Shown piece by piece: positions 46,042-54,843 of a stretch of 64,000 nucleotides of DNA. The position numbers and the translations under genes were made by a program. Positions within the stretch are counted from its first letter, which is position 1; every line of letters begins with the position of its first letter. This DNA is from Sandaracinaceae bacterium (GTDB lineage: Bacteria > Myxococcota_A > Polyangia > Polyangiales > Sandaracinaceae): contig JBGAQA010000003.1 of the NCBI GenBank assembly GCA_044220955.1, positions 1 through 64,000 on the forward strand, written 5' to 3'. Under the pieces are notes generated by a model that saw only the letters and a program-made list of their open reading frames with translations, made no database searches and was not told where the DNA came from.

Positions 46042-47420
46042 GGCGCGCGGCGCTGCTCGCAGCGCTCGTGCTCGCGTCGCCGTCGGTGGGGATGGCGCAC
46101 GGACGCCAGCCGTCGCTGGGTCAGATCGCCTTCGACCCCGTCGACCCCGCACACGTCGTGATCCGGGGGACGTGGGCGTTTCTCACGACCCGGGACACGG
46201 CCGGTTCGTTCACTTGGACGTGCGCGCGCGCGGTCGACTTCGACCGCACGATCGAGGATCCGCGCATCGCCGTGCTCGCCTCGGGCCGGGTCCTGGCCGG
46301 GACCTTCGGGGGGCTCTCGCGCTCGGATCCCGCGGGATGCGCGTACGCGCCCTCCACCGATCCGCTCGTCGACGGCTTGCTCGTGATCGACGTCGCGAGC
46401 GATCCCTTCGATCCGAGCGCCGCGTGGGTCGCGACCTCCCCCGGCGCCGTCCCCAACACGATCTTGCACACGACGGACGAGGGCGCCTCGTTCGAGCTCC
46501 GCGGGACGTTCCCGCTCGGCGTCCTGCTCGAGCGCGTGGTGCCGTCGCCCAGCGACCGGATGCGCGTCTACGCGAGCGGTGTCCAGCTCGCGACCGCGAC
46601 CGAGCCGCGCCACGCGTTCGTCTGGCGCTCCTCGGACGGCGGCCGCACGTTCGCGCCGACGGAGATCGCGCTCGTCGACGTGGATCGCACCGACTACGGC
46701 GAGCGCAACGTGCACGTCGACGCGGTCGATCCGACCGACCCCGACGTCGTGTACGCCCACACCGTGCGGCGCACGACCGACGTGATGGACGAGCGCCTGC
46801 TGCGCTCCGAAGACGGCGGCGCGACGTTCACGCAGGTCGCCGCGCTGCCCGAGATCACGGGGCTGACCCTCGACGAGACCGGAACGCACGTGTGGACGGG
46901 CAGCTGGTACGGCGGCTTCTACCGCTCCGACGACCACGGCCGCACGTTCACGGCGCTCGACCCGACGCTGCGCGTGCGCTGCCTATCCTACCGACCCAGG
47001 GAGCTCTGGATCTGCACCGACGACGTGACCGGGCCCTTCGCGCTCGGGCGGTCCATCGACATGGGCGTCACGATCGATCCCCTCTGGGCCTTCCAGGACG
47101 CCGTCAACGACGTCGGGTGCCCGGCGTGCACGCAGGTCGGCGATGTCTGCCCGGCGTACTGGCCCGACGTGCAATTCGACCTGGGTCTGACCACGGCGAC
47201 CGACGCGCTCCCGCCCGATCCCGACGCGTCGAGCTCCAGCTGCATCGATGGCGCGCTGCCCGACGCGGGGATGATGGACGCCGCGAGGATGGACGCGGGT
47301 GTCGCCGGTGCGCCGCCCGCGGGGTGCGCCTGTCACGCCGCGACGGGCCGTGGGCCTCTCCTGCCGTGGCTCGTGGTCCTCGCGGCGACGTTCGTGCGTC
47401 GACGGCGTCGCTGCGATTGA
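46038..47420 (+). CDS. BNR/Asp-box (sialidase/VPS10-like) beta-propeller protein with MYXO-CTERM
   Basis: TTDEGASF, SSDGGRTF, SEDGGATF, SDDHGRTF Asp-boxes; C-terminal GCAC-TM-RRRRR. Confidence 0.85.
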   Translation: MRRAALLAALVLASPSVGMAHGRQPSLGQIAFDPVDPAHVVIRGTWAFLTTRDTAGSFTWTCARAVDFDRTIEDPRIAVLASGRVLAGTFGGLSRSDPAGCAYAPSTDPLVDGLLVIDVASDPFDPSAAWVATSPGAVPNTILHTTDEGASFELRGTFPLGVLLERVVPSPSDRMRVYASGVQLATATEPRHAFVWRSSDGGRTFAPTEIALVDVDRTDYGERNVHVDAVDPTDPDVVYAHTVRRTTDVMDERLLRSEDGGATFTQVAALPEITGLTLDETGTHVWTGSWYGGFYRSDDHGRTFTALDPTLRVRCLSYRPRELWICTDDVTGPFALGRSIDMGVTIDPLWAFQDAVNDVGCPACTQVGDVCPAYWPDVQFDLGLTTATDALPPDPDASSSSCIDGALPDAGMMDAARMDAGVAGAPPAGCACHAATGRGPLLPWLVVLAATFVRRRRRCD

Positions 47421-47446
47421 CGGCATGCGAGCTTGGTTCGTACGCT
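47417..47446 (+). promoter_or_regulatory. Possible sigma70-type promoter
   Basis: TTGACG-N18-TACGCT upstream of the GGAGG SD and ATG 47487. Confidence 0.4.
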
Positions 47447-47486
47447 CCGAGCGGACGCGGTCGTCGCCGCGTGGCTCGGAGGATCC

Positions 47487-48614
47487 ATGGCCCGCTTCGC
47501 CTACTTGCTCTCCCTCCTCTTCGCGCTCTCGCTCGCTCTGCCGGCTGCGGCTCAGGACGACACCGCGCGCGCGAGAGAGGAATTCCAGCATGGCGTGGAG
47601 TTCTTCCAGAACGGCGACTACCAGCATGCGCTGGACTCCTTCCAAGAGGCCTATCGCCTCGCGCCTCACGCGAGCGTGCGGCTCAACATCGCCAACTGCT
47701 ACCAGCAGCTGAACCGACCGGTCGAGGCGCTCTTCCACTTCGAGCACTATCTGGCGGAGGCCGATCACCCGGCCGCCGCGCAGCGGCGCGAGATCGAGGC
47801 CACGATCCGCGAGCTGCAGCAGCGCATCGGCACCATCACGCTCCACGTCACGCCGGACGGGGCCACGGTCACGATCGACGGCACCGACCAGCGGCGCGCG
47901 CCGGTCCTCGAGCCGGTCCGTGTGGTGCAAGGGCGGCACACGGTCGAGATCCGACTCGACGGCTACCGGACGGAGACCCAGACGGTCGACGTCTCGGGCG
48001 GCGCCGACGCGCGCGTCGCGGTGCGGCTCGCGCGTGCCGACGCCGTGGCGAGCACGACCACGTCCGGCGGGACCGAGGCGACCACGGCCACCACGACCAC
48101 GCCCACGCAGACCGAGACGCCGACCGAGACGACCACCACGACAGAGGCGTCCACGACGCTGTCCACGCCGGTCGAAGCCGCCAGCACGGAGACCACGACG
48201 CCGACCGAGACCGAGACGCCGTCTTCGGGGGGCGGCGGGGGCGGGATCGTCATCAATTGGCCGACGATCCTTGCCGCGAGCGTCACGGGGGCCGCTCTGA
48301 TCGTCGGGCTGATCACGGGACCCTTGGCCATCCAGGCCAACGATCGCTTCAACGCAGACGTGATCGACTCCCGCGACCCCGATCCGACCGTCGCGGCGGA
48401 CGCGCGCGCCGACGGCGAGAACCAGGCATCCACGGCACGCACGCTCGCCGCGGTGACGGACGTGATGATCGTGACCACGATCCTCGGGGCCGCCGCCACG
48501 GTGACGCTCTTCATCCTCGACCAGACGAACGCGCCGCAAGACGGCGAGCACGTCGCCGTCGTCCCGGTGATCACGCCCTACGGCGGTGGGGTCGCGGCTC
48601 TCGGGCGCTTCTGA
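47487..48614 (+). CDS. TPR-PEGA domain protein with Thr-rich linker
   Basis: Signal peptide, TPR AREEFQHG..FQEAY..LNIANC, PEGA VTPDGATVTIDG..GRHTVEI, Thr/Glu-rich linker, hydrophobic C-terminus ending GRF. Confidence 0.88.
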   Translation: MARFAYLLSLLFALSLALPAAAQDDTARAREEFQHGVEFFQNGDYQHALDSFQEAYRLAPHASVRLNIANCYQQLNRPVEALFHFEHYLAEADHPAAAQRREIEATIRELQQRIGTITLHVTPDGATVTIDGTDQRRAPVLEPVRVVQGRHTVEIRLDGYRTETQTVDVSGGADARVAVRLARADAVASTTTSGGTEATTATTTTPTQTETPTETTTTTEASTTLSTPVEAASTETTTPTETETPSSGGGGGGIVINWPTILAASVTGAALIVGLITGPLAIQANDRFNADVIDSRDPDPTVAADARADGENQASTARTLAAVTDVMIVTTILGAAATVTLFILDQTNAPQDGEHVAVVPVITPYGGGVAALGRF

Positions 48615-48636
48615 TCAGTGCCGGCTCGGCGCGCGA

Positions 48637-49500
48637 TCAGCCGCGCCCGGTGCCGACCGTCGCGAGATACACCCAGCACGCGGTCGCGGTGAACATCAGC
48701 GCATCGACGCGGTCGAGCATCCCACCGTGGCCCGGCAGGATGTTGCCGCTGTCCTTCACACCGGTCGAGCGCTTCACGAGCGACTCGACGAGGTCGCCCG
48801 CCTGTCCGAGCACGTTCGCGATCGCCGCCAGCACGAGCGCGTCCAGGAGCGGCAGCGTCGGCATGAACCAGTAGTGAGCGGCGATGGCGCCGGTCAGGCT
48901 CGCGAGCCAGCCGCCGATCGCCCCCTCCACGGTCTTGGCCGGGGAGACCCGTGGTGCGAGCTTGTGCTTGCCGAAGAAGCGCCCCGCGAAGTAGGCGCCC
49001 GTGTCGCTCGCCCACGCGATCCACATCGCGAGCAGCACCCACGCGCCGCCGTGCGGCCCGGCGTGGATACGACCGAGCGAGGCGAGCAGCCCACCGACGT
49101 AGAGGGGCCCGGCGATGAGCCACGCGAGCCGCTGGCCCGCGCGATCGAGCGGCTCGGGGCGGGCGAGCGGAGTGAGCACCCCGACCGCGACGACGACGAG
49201 AATCGACAGCGAGTGCCACGCCCCGTTCGTGGTGAGAATGAGAGTCGCTGCCAGCTGGAGCGTGGACGCGAGGCCCAGGGCGTACGCCTCGCGTGCATCC
49301 TGCATGGTCATGCGCATCAGCTCGTGAGCGGCCCGCGCGATCGCCACGAGCACGAGGCCCTGGTAGGCCCATTCGGGCGCCACGAACATGAAATAGAGCA
49401 GGATCGGGATGCCGACCGCGGCCGTCGCGAGGCGCGTCAGCGTGTTGCGTACGAACCCGCTCTTGGCGGAGGCGGTCGTCGCGGCGGCGGGCTCAGACAT
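48637..49500 (-). CDS. cdsA: Phosphatidate cytidylyltransferase
   Basis: SDTGAYFAG, SPAKTVEG, GDLVESLVKR..KDSGNILPGHGGMLDRVD. Confidence 0.96.
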   Translation of the reverse strand: MSEPAAATTASAKSGFVRNTLTRLATAAVGIPILLYFMFVAPEWAYQGLVLVAIARAAHELMRMTMQDAREAYALGLASTLQLAATLILTTNGAWHSLSILVVVAVGVLTPLARPEPLDRAGQRLAWLIAGPLYVGGLLASLGRIHAGPHGGAWVLLAMWIAWASDTGAYFAGRFFGKHKLAPRVSPAKTVEGAIGGWLASLTGAIAAHYWFMPTLPLLDALVLAAIANVLGQAGDLVESLVKRSTGVKDSGNILPGHGGMLDRVDALMFTATACWVYLATVGTGRG

Positions 49501-50272
49501 GGACGGTGGGAACGGTCTCGTCGGTCTGCACCGCCGGCTGGGTCTTGCCGAAGCGGCGATCGCGAGCGCGGAACGCTGCGAACGCCTCTCCGAGATCGCT
49601 CTCGTCGAAGTCGGGCCACAAGCGCTCGGCGAAGTAGAGCTCCGCGTAGGCCGCGCCGAACAGGATGAAGTTCGAGATGCGCTGCTCGCCGCCGGTCCGG
49701 ATCAGCAGGTCGACGTCGCCGACGTCGATCGAGGGGAGCGCGGTTCGGAGCACAGACTCGTCGATCGAGCTCGGATCGAGCTCTCCGGCAACGACGCGGC
49801 TCGCGAGCAGGCGCGCTGCGTCGACGATCTCCTCCCGGCCACCGAACGAGAGCGCCAGCGTCAGCGTCATCTTCGAGAGACCGGAGGTGTCGCGCTCGAT
49901 CTCGCCCAGCACGCGGCGGACGCGCTCCGGCAGCCGATGGATACGGCCTACCGCACGGAGCTTGATGTCGTTGTCCAGCAGCTCCTGGCGCTCGGAGATG
50001 AGGAACTCGCAGAGCAGCTCCATGAGCGCGTCCACCTCGCCGCGCGAGCGCTGCCAGTTCTGCTCGCTGAACGCGAAGAGCGTGAGCGCCTGGACGCCCA
50101 TCCGGCGACACGCCCGCGTCACGCGCCGGACCGCCTCGCTTCCCTCACGATGACCGAACGGGCGCGGCAGGCCCCGACGCTCGGCCCATCGACCGTTGCC
50201 GTCCATGATGATGGCGACGTGCCCCGGGACGGGCGGCAGGGTCGTGGTCACGGTCACGTCGCGGGCTACCAC
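49493..50272 (-). CDS. uppS: Undecaprenyl diphosphate synthase
   Basis: HVAIIMDGNGRWA, FAFSEQNWQR, DLLIRTGGEQRISNF, LWPDF, RRFG. Start could be a nearby downstream GTG. Confidence 0.96.
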   Translation of the reverse strand: MVARDVTVTTTLPPVPGHVAIIMDGNGRWAERRGLPRPFGHREGSEAVRRVTRACRRMGVQALTLFAFSEQNWQRSRGEVDALMELLCEFLISERQELLDNDIKLRAVGRIHRLPERVRRVLGEIERDTSGLSKMTLTLALSFGGREEIVDAARLLASRVVAGELDPSSIDESVLRTALPSIDVGDVDLLIRTGGEQRISNFILFGAAYAELYFAERLWPDFDESDLGEAFAAFRARDRRFGKTQPAVQTDETVPTVHV

Positions 50273-50332
50273 GGCGGAATTGCGGCTTCAAGCGCGCGGC
50301 GGCGGATGGTCGCGACGGCGTGGCGAACGGTC

Positions 50333-50348
50333 GGTTTCACGTGAAACG
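50333..50348. promoter_or_regulatory. parS site 1
   Basis: G-GTTTCACGTGAAAC-G: perfect 14-bp palindromic core of consensus TGTTNCACGTGAAACA. Confidence 0.88.
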
Positions 50349-50358
50349 CCCCGCTGGG

Positions 50359-50374
50359 GTTTTCACGTGAAACG
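50359..50374. promoter_or_regulatory. parS site 2
   Basis: G-TTTTCACGTGAAAC-G: 13/14 core match, 26 bp from site 1. Confidence 0.8.
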
Positions 50375-50392
50375 CGCTAGCCCTGGCTCGTC

Positions 50393-51586
50393 GTGCACCT
50401 CGAGACCCATCTGCGCGCGCTGCTCGAGACCGCGCAGGCCCAGGGCCTGCTCCGCGTTCCGGAGACCTACGAGACCGAGGGCGCCGCCGTCCGCGGCGCG
50501 GGCGGAGCGTGGATCTCCTTCGCGTCCAACGACTACCTGGGCCTGGCCGAGCACCCGAGCCTGCGGGCGGCCCTCGCGCGCGGGGCCGAACGCCTCGCAG
50601 GCGCGGGCTCCAGCCGCGTCGTGGCCGGCACCTCGCAAGCCCACCGCGACGCCGAGGCGTCCCTCGCCAGCCTGGTCGGGCTCCCGGCCGCGCGCGTCTT
50701 CTCCTCCGCCTACGCCGCCAACGTGGGCGTGCTCGGGAGCCTCTTCGGCCGCGCCGACGTGCTCCTCTGCGACGCGCTGAACCACGCCAGCCTCATCGAT
50801 GGAGCGCGCCTGACCCGCGCGCGCGTCGAGATCTATCGCCATGGCGATCTCGATCACCTCGAGGCCCTGCTGCGCGCGCATCACCCGAGCGGCGTGGTCG
50901 CCGTCGTGTCCGAGACGGTGTTCTCGATGGACGGCGACGTCGCCGACGTCGCACGGCTCGCGCGGCTCGCGCACGAGCACGGCGCAGCGCTGGTGGTCGA
51001 CGAGGCGCACGCGCTCGGCGTCATCGGCCCGTCCGGACGCGGGGTCTGCGCCGCGGCAGGCGTCACCCCCGACGTGCTGGTCGGCGGGCTCGGCAAGGCC
51101 TTCGGATTGGCGGGCGGGTTCGTCGCCGGCACTCCCTCGCTCGCACGCGCCATCGACAACTTCGGGCGGACCTTCGTGTTCTCGACGGCGGTCCTGCCCG
51201 CCCTGGCGTGGGCCGTCCCGACCGCCACCCAGCTCCTGCTCGACGCCGAGCCCGCCCGCACGACCCTGCAGGCCCACGCCGACGCCGTCCGCAGGCATGC
51301 TCGCCGCCTGCGTCTAGAGGCCCTGGGCCGGGCACCCGGCGTCATCGTGCCCGTGATCCTCGGCGCACCCGAGGCCGCGATGCGGGCGGCAGAGCGCCTC
51401 CGCGCCCACGGCGTCCTGGTCCCCGCGATGCGGCCGCCCACCGTCGCCGCCGGGACGTCCCGGCTCCGTATCACGCCGACCGCTCTGCACACCGACGCGG
51501 ACCTGGCGCGCCTCGGCGCGGCGCTCGACGGTGCGCTCGCCTCACCACGAGACGGCGATCACGGCGATCAGCCCGAGCACACGTAG
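50393..51586 (+). CDS. bioF: 8-amino-7-oxononanoate synthase (class II aminotransferase)
   Basis: FASNDYLGL, DALNHASLIDG, ETVFSMDGD, VDEAH, LGKAFG, FSTA, MRPPTV..SRLRI. Confidence 0.88.
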   Translation: MHLETHLRALLETAQAQGLLRVPETYETEGAAVRGAGGAWISFASNDYLGLAEHPSLRAALARGAERLAGAGSSRVVAGTSQAHRDAEASLASLVGLPAARVFSSAYAANVGVLGSLFGRADVLLCDALNHASLIDGARLTRARVEIYRHGDLDHLEALLRAHHPSGVVAVVSETVFSMDGDVADVARLARLAHEHGAALVVDEAHALGVIGPSGRGVCAAAGVTPDVLVGGLGKAFGLAGGFVAGTPSLARAIDNFGRTFVFSTAVLPALAWAVPTATQLLLDAEPARTTLQAHADAVRRHARRLRLEALGRAPGVIVPVILGAPEAAMRAAERLRAHGVLVPAMRPPTVAAGTSRLRITPTALHTDADLARLGAALDGALASPRDGDHGDQPEHT

Positions 51587-51886
51587 CACCAGGCCGATCG
51601 CCATCGGCTTCCACGCCGGATCCGCCGTCCGGCGCGCCGCGAGGACCCATCGCAGCAGGGGGTCGTTGAGCCACGCGAACGCGGCGATCCCGAACGCGAG
51701 CAGGGCGCCTCGCAGGCCCACCTCCAGATCCGCCGTCAGGCCGAGCAGCCCGACCGCTCCGATCAGCGTCCAGGACAGACGGGCGCGGAACATCCGATCC
51801 ACGAACCTTCGCCGCTCGTCGTGCACGGCCGCCACGTAGCGCCTCGCGCTCTCGACTTCAACGCTTGCGACCCGCCCGTCGGCCAT
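51542..51886 (-). CDS. Small hypothetical membrane protein
   Basis: Three hydrophobic segments; start uncertain; 3' end overlaps bioF by 45 nt. Confidence 0.55.
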   Translation of the reverse strand: MADGRVASVEVESARRYVAAVHDERRRFVDRMFRARLSWTLIGAVGLLGLTADLEVGLRGALLAFGIAAFAWLNDPLLRWVLAARRTADPAWKPMAIGLVLRVLGLIAVIAVSW

Positions 51887-51899
51887 GTATCCGGCAGGC

Positions 51900-52709
51900 A
51901 TGTCGCGCCGCATTGGCTCCCTCGTCGCCCTCTTGCTCGCGGCCTGCGCCGGTCACGCCGCCGAGCCCGTCGTACCGGCCGACGGCGAGGCCACGGGCTC
52001 GGAGAGCGAGCCCCCCCCACCCACGACCCCGCCGCCACCACCGGCGGAGCTGCGCCTGATCCACGCGGCCGTGGAGTCCCGGGAGCAGCCCGTCACGCTC
52101 GTGATCGATGCGAGCGCCGCGACCGCCGCCACGGGCTACGAGTTCGCGAGCGCGTACCTCCCGACGACGCCGGCCGAGCACCCCGTGTCGGCGCGGGCCA
52201 GCGAAACCGAGCTGATCGGTGCCTCGTTCTCGTTTCCGGAGGGACGCTCGACGCTGATCGCGTACTCGACCGCCGACTTCCCCGTCGCCCTCGCCCTGGC
52301 GTCGGACACCGCGGAGCCGGCGCCCGATGGTTCGGCTCAGATCCGGGTGTTTCACGCCCTCGTGGGCCAGGGCGCCGTCGATGTCTGCAGTCCGCCAGCG
52401 ACGGCACGCGGCGACGGAGCGCCCGTGGTGCTGGACGTGGCTCCTGGCGCCCTCGGTTCCGACGGTCGCTACACCATCGTCCCGGCCGGCACCGAGCTGG
52501 CCGTCCAGCTCCGGGCCCATCACGCGACCCCATGCCACGGCCGCGCGATCGGCATCGCGCACGGGTTCACGCCGGTCTCGGCCGCGAACTACACCCTCGT
52601 GTTCGTGGGGCGCACCGGGCGGCGGGGCGTGAGCCCCGAGCTGCTGTTCTGCGCGGATCCGCCGGCAGACGACACCTCCTGCGCGACCGTCGCCATCGAC
52701 GCCCACTGA
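51900..52709 (+). CDS. DUF4397 domain lipoprotein
   Basis: Lipobox LAAC, Pro-rich linker, LRLIHAA and IRVFHALVGQGAVDV repeats. Confidence 0.8.
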   Translation: MSRRIGSLVALLLAACAGHAAEPVVPADGEATGSESEPPPPTTPPPPPAELRLIHAAVESREQPVTLVIDASAATAATGYEFASAYLPTTPAEHPVSARASETELIGASFSFPEGRSTLIAYSTADFPVALALASDTAEPAPDGSAQIRVFHALVGQGAVDVCSPPATARGDGAPVVLDVAPGALGSDGRYTIVPAGTELAVQLRAHHATPCHGRAIGIAHGFTPVSAANYTLVFVGRTGRRGVSPELLFCADPPADDTSCATVAIDAH

Positions 52710-52760
52710 GGGGCTGGCCGTTTTCTTGGGCGTTCGCCGGACCGCCCCTAGGTTCGGGGC

Positions 52761-53765
52761 GTGCGCGGCGCACTCGCCATCGCCTTGTGGGCCTTGCTCC
52801 TCGCGAGCGCGGGCGTCGCCCGCGCTCAGCTCGTGCCGGTGCCGTGCACGATCGCCGAGGGGGAGACGATCGCCGCGATCGCGACGCGCTTCGGCGTGAC
52901 CGTGGGGGACATCGCCGAGCTCAACGAGGACACGGATCTCGCGGCCCTGGCGCCCGGGACCGAGATCGCCGTGGCCTACGGTGAGCGAGTCGAGCACCGG
53001 GTCGCGCGCGGGGAGACCTTGCTGCGCATCGCTCGCCACTACGGCGTCCACGCGGTCGACGTCGCCCGCTGGAACGCGCTCTCCGACCCTCGACGCCTCC
53101 GGGCCGACACCGTCCTCGTGGTGTTCGCCTGGCCTCGAATCCCCCCATCCTCTTCCATCGGGCGGCCGAGCCACGGGAGCCTCGAGAACGGCGTCGCCCT
53201 GCGCACCGGCCCACGGTGGGAGATCCACGACCGCAGCCGCGCCTTCGTCACGCGGGACGCCGCCGACGCGCTCACCCGGGCCTTCGAGGCGGTCGCGGCG
53301 CGCTGGCCGGCATCGCCGCGGGTCGAGATCCGCGACGCGAGCGTCGAGCACGGCGGACCCCTCGCGGGACATCACAGCCACCAGAGCGGGCGCGACGTCG
53401 ACCTCGCCTACTTCCGGCGCACGTGTAGCGGCGAAACCTGCCGCCATCATCGCGTCGGACCGGCCGACCTCGACGCGGAGCGCCAGTGGGCCCTGCTCGA
53501 GGTCTGGCTCCGCGCGGGACTGGTCGACTACGTGTTCATCGACCACGCACTGCAGGAGCCCCTCTACCGCGCCGCGCGGGCGAGCGGAGCTTCGTCCGCC
53601 GACCTCGCGCGCTGGTTCCAGTGGCCGGGCGACCAGGACCTTCACGCCGGCGTGATACGCCATGCGCACGGGCATGCCGACCACCTGCACGTCCGCTTCG
53701 GCTGCGCGGAGCACGATCGCGAGTGTGGGCCCCGACGAGGCGGAGACGAAGAAGAAGATCCTTGA
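52761..53765 (+). CDS. LysM x2 + penicillin-insensitive murein endopeptidase (MepA/LAS family)
   Basis: GETIAAIATRFGV, GETLLRIARHYGV, SIGRPSHGSL, HHSHQSGRDVD, HADHLHVR. Confidence 0.9.
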   Translation: MRGALAIALWALLLASAGVARAQLVPVPCTIAEGETIAAIATRFGVTVGDIAELNEDTDLAALAPGTEIAVAYGERVEHRVARGETLLRIARHYGVHAVDVARWNALSDPRRLRADTVLVVFAWPRIPPSSSIGRPSHGSLENGVALRTGPRWEIHDRSRAFVTRDAADALTRAFEAVAARWPASPRVEIRDASVEHGGPLAGHHSHQSGRDVDLAYFRRTCSGETCRHHRVGPADLDAERQWALLEVWLRAGLVDYVFIDHALQEPLYRAARASGASSADLARWFQWPGDQDLHAGVIRHAHGHADHLHVRFGCAEHDRECGPRRGGDEEEDP

Positions 53766-53799
53766 CTTCGCTCGGGCAGCGTTCACAATATTTTGAACG
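53762..53799 (+). promoter_or_regulatory. Promoter of the menaquinone operon with overlapping palindromic operator
   Basis: TTGACT-N16-CACAAT; CGTTCACAATATTTTGAACG (53780-53799) is an 18/20 palindrome. Confidence 0.6.
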
Positions 53800-53819
53800 T
53801 TTAGCCTCGGAGCCAAGGC

Positions 53820-54842
53820 ATGGTGGAGGTCCTCGAGCAGCTCGGGACGATGTCTCGAGCGCGAAACCTCAGGGCGGCCGACCGCCTCGAGCAACTACGG
53901 CCCCTGCTGGTGGACGACCTCGCCGCGGTCGAGGCCGCGCTGAGCTTGCCGACGCAGGAGCGAGCCGTTCACTCCGGCGCCCAGCACCTGATCGCCCGCG
54001 GTGGTAAGCGCCTGAGACCGATCTGCCTCGCGCTCGCCAGCCGGCTCGGCACGGGCTTCGACGCGCGCGCGCTCGACCTCGCGGTCGCCGCGGAGCTCGT
54101 GCACAGCGCCACGCTCCTGCACGACGACGTGGTCGACCTCGGCGCGGCCCGGCGAGGCGCGCCGACGGCACGGGTCATCTACGGGAACGCGATCAGCATC
54201 TTCGCCGGGGACTGGCTCTTGATCGACTCGCTCCGGCGCGTTCGGCGCTCGTCGAGCGCGGACGTGCTCGAGCGGCTGCTCGACGTGATCGACGAGATGA
54301 TCGTGGCCGAGTCCCGTCAGCTGGAGCGACGCGGCCGGCTCTCGAGCTCGATGGACGACTGGAACGCCGTCGCGTCCGGCAAGACTGCGGCGCTCTTCCG
54401 ATGGGCCATGTACGCCGGCGCACGCGCGGGCGGCCTCGGGGCGCACGACGCCCAGGCCCTCGAGGGCTTCGGTGAGCACCTCGGCCTCGCGTTCCAGGCC
54501 GTCGACGACGTCCTCGACCTGACGGGAGATCCCGGCACGACCGGCAAGGCCCTCTTCGCCGACCTCCGAGAGGGCAAGGCGTCGCTGCCGATCGTGCTCG
54601 CCTTGCGCGAGCGACCGGAACTCGAGGCGACCTTGCTCCGCGCGGCCCAGTCGGATCTCGACGACGCGCTCGGCGTCCGACTCGCCGGCGAGGTCGCCGC
54701 GACCGGAGCCATCGATGCCACGCGACGCTTCGCCGACGACCACGTCGGGCGCGCGTGCGCCGTCCTCGAGGCGTTCCGCGGCGGGGCCGCTCGCGCGGCG
54801 CTCGTGTCCATCGCGCACGCGATGACCGCTCGGGAGGTCTGA
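53820..54842 (+). CDS. Trans-polyprenyl diphosphate synthase (IspB/HepT-like)
   Basis: GGKRLRP, LLHDDVVD..RRG (FARM), GKTAALF, FQAVDDVLD (SARM), DLREGK. Confidence 0.94.
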   Translation: MVEVLEQLGTMSRARNLRAADRLEQLRPLLVDDLAAVEAALSLPTQERAVHSGAQHLIARGGKRLRPICLALASRLGTGFDARALDLAVAAELVHSATLLHDDVVDLGAARRGAPTARVIYGNAISIFAGDWLLIDSLRRVRRSSSADVLERLLDVIDEMIVAESRQLERRGRLSSSMDDWNAVASGKTAALFRWAMYAGARAGGLGAHDAQALEGFGEHLGLAFQAVDDVLDLTGDPGTTGKALFADLREGKASLPIVLALRERPELEATLLRAAQSDLDDALGVRLAGEVAATGAIDATRRFADDHVGRACAVLEAFRGGAARAALVSIAHAMTAREV

Positions 54843-54843
54843 C

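Noticed and set aside
47421..47436. sigma54 promoter CGGCATGCGAGCTTGG
   Set aside because: No GC at the required GG-N10-GC spacing; a sigma70-like pair fits better.
44903..48614. Genomic island integrated at tRNA-Ala
   Set aside because: No integrase, no duplicated tRNA 3' end seen, and no visible compositional shift.
51542..51586. 45-nt convergent overlap between bioF and a small membrane gene as antisense regulation
   Set aside because: Short 3' overlaps are common in stop-poor, high-GC genomes; no other evidence.
53771..53799. Rex operator (TTGTGAA-N4-TTCACAA)
   Set aside because: Only the TTCACAA half-site is present, and the dyad has the opposite arrangement.
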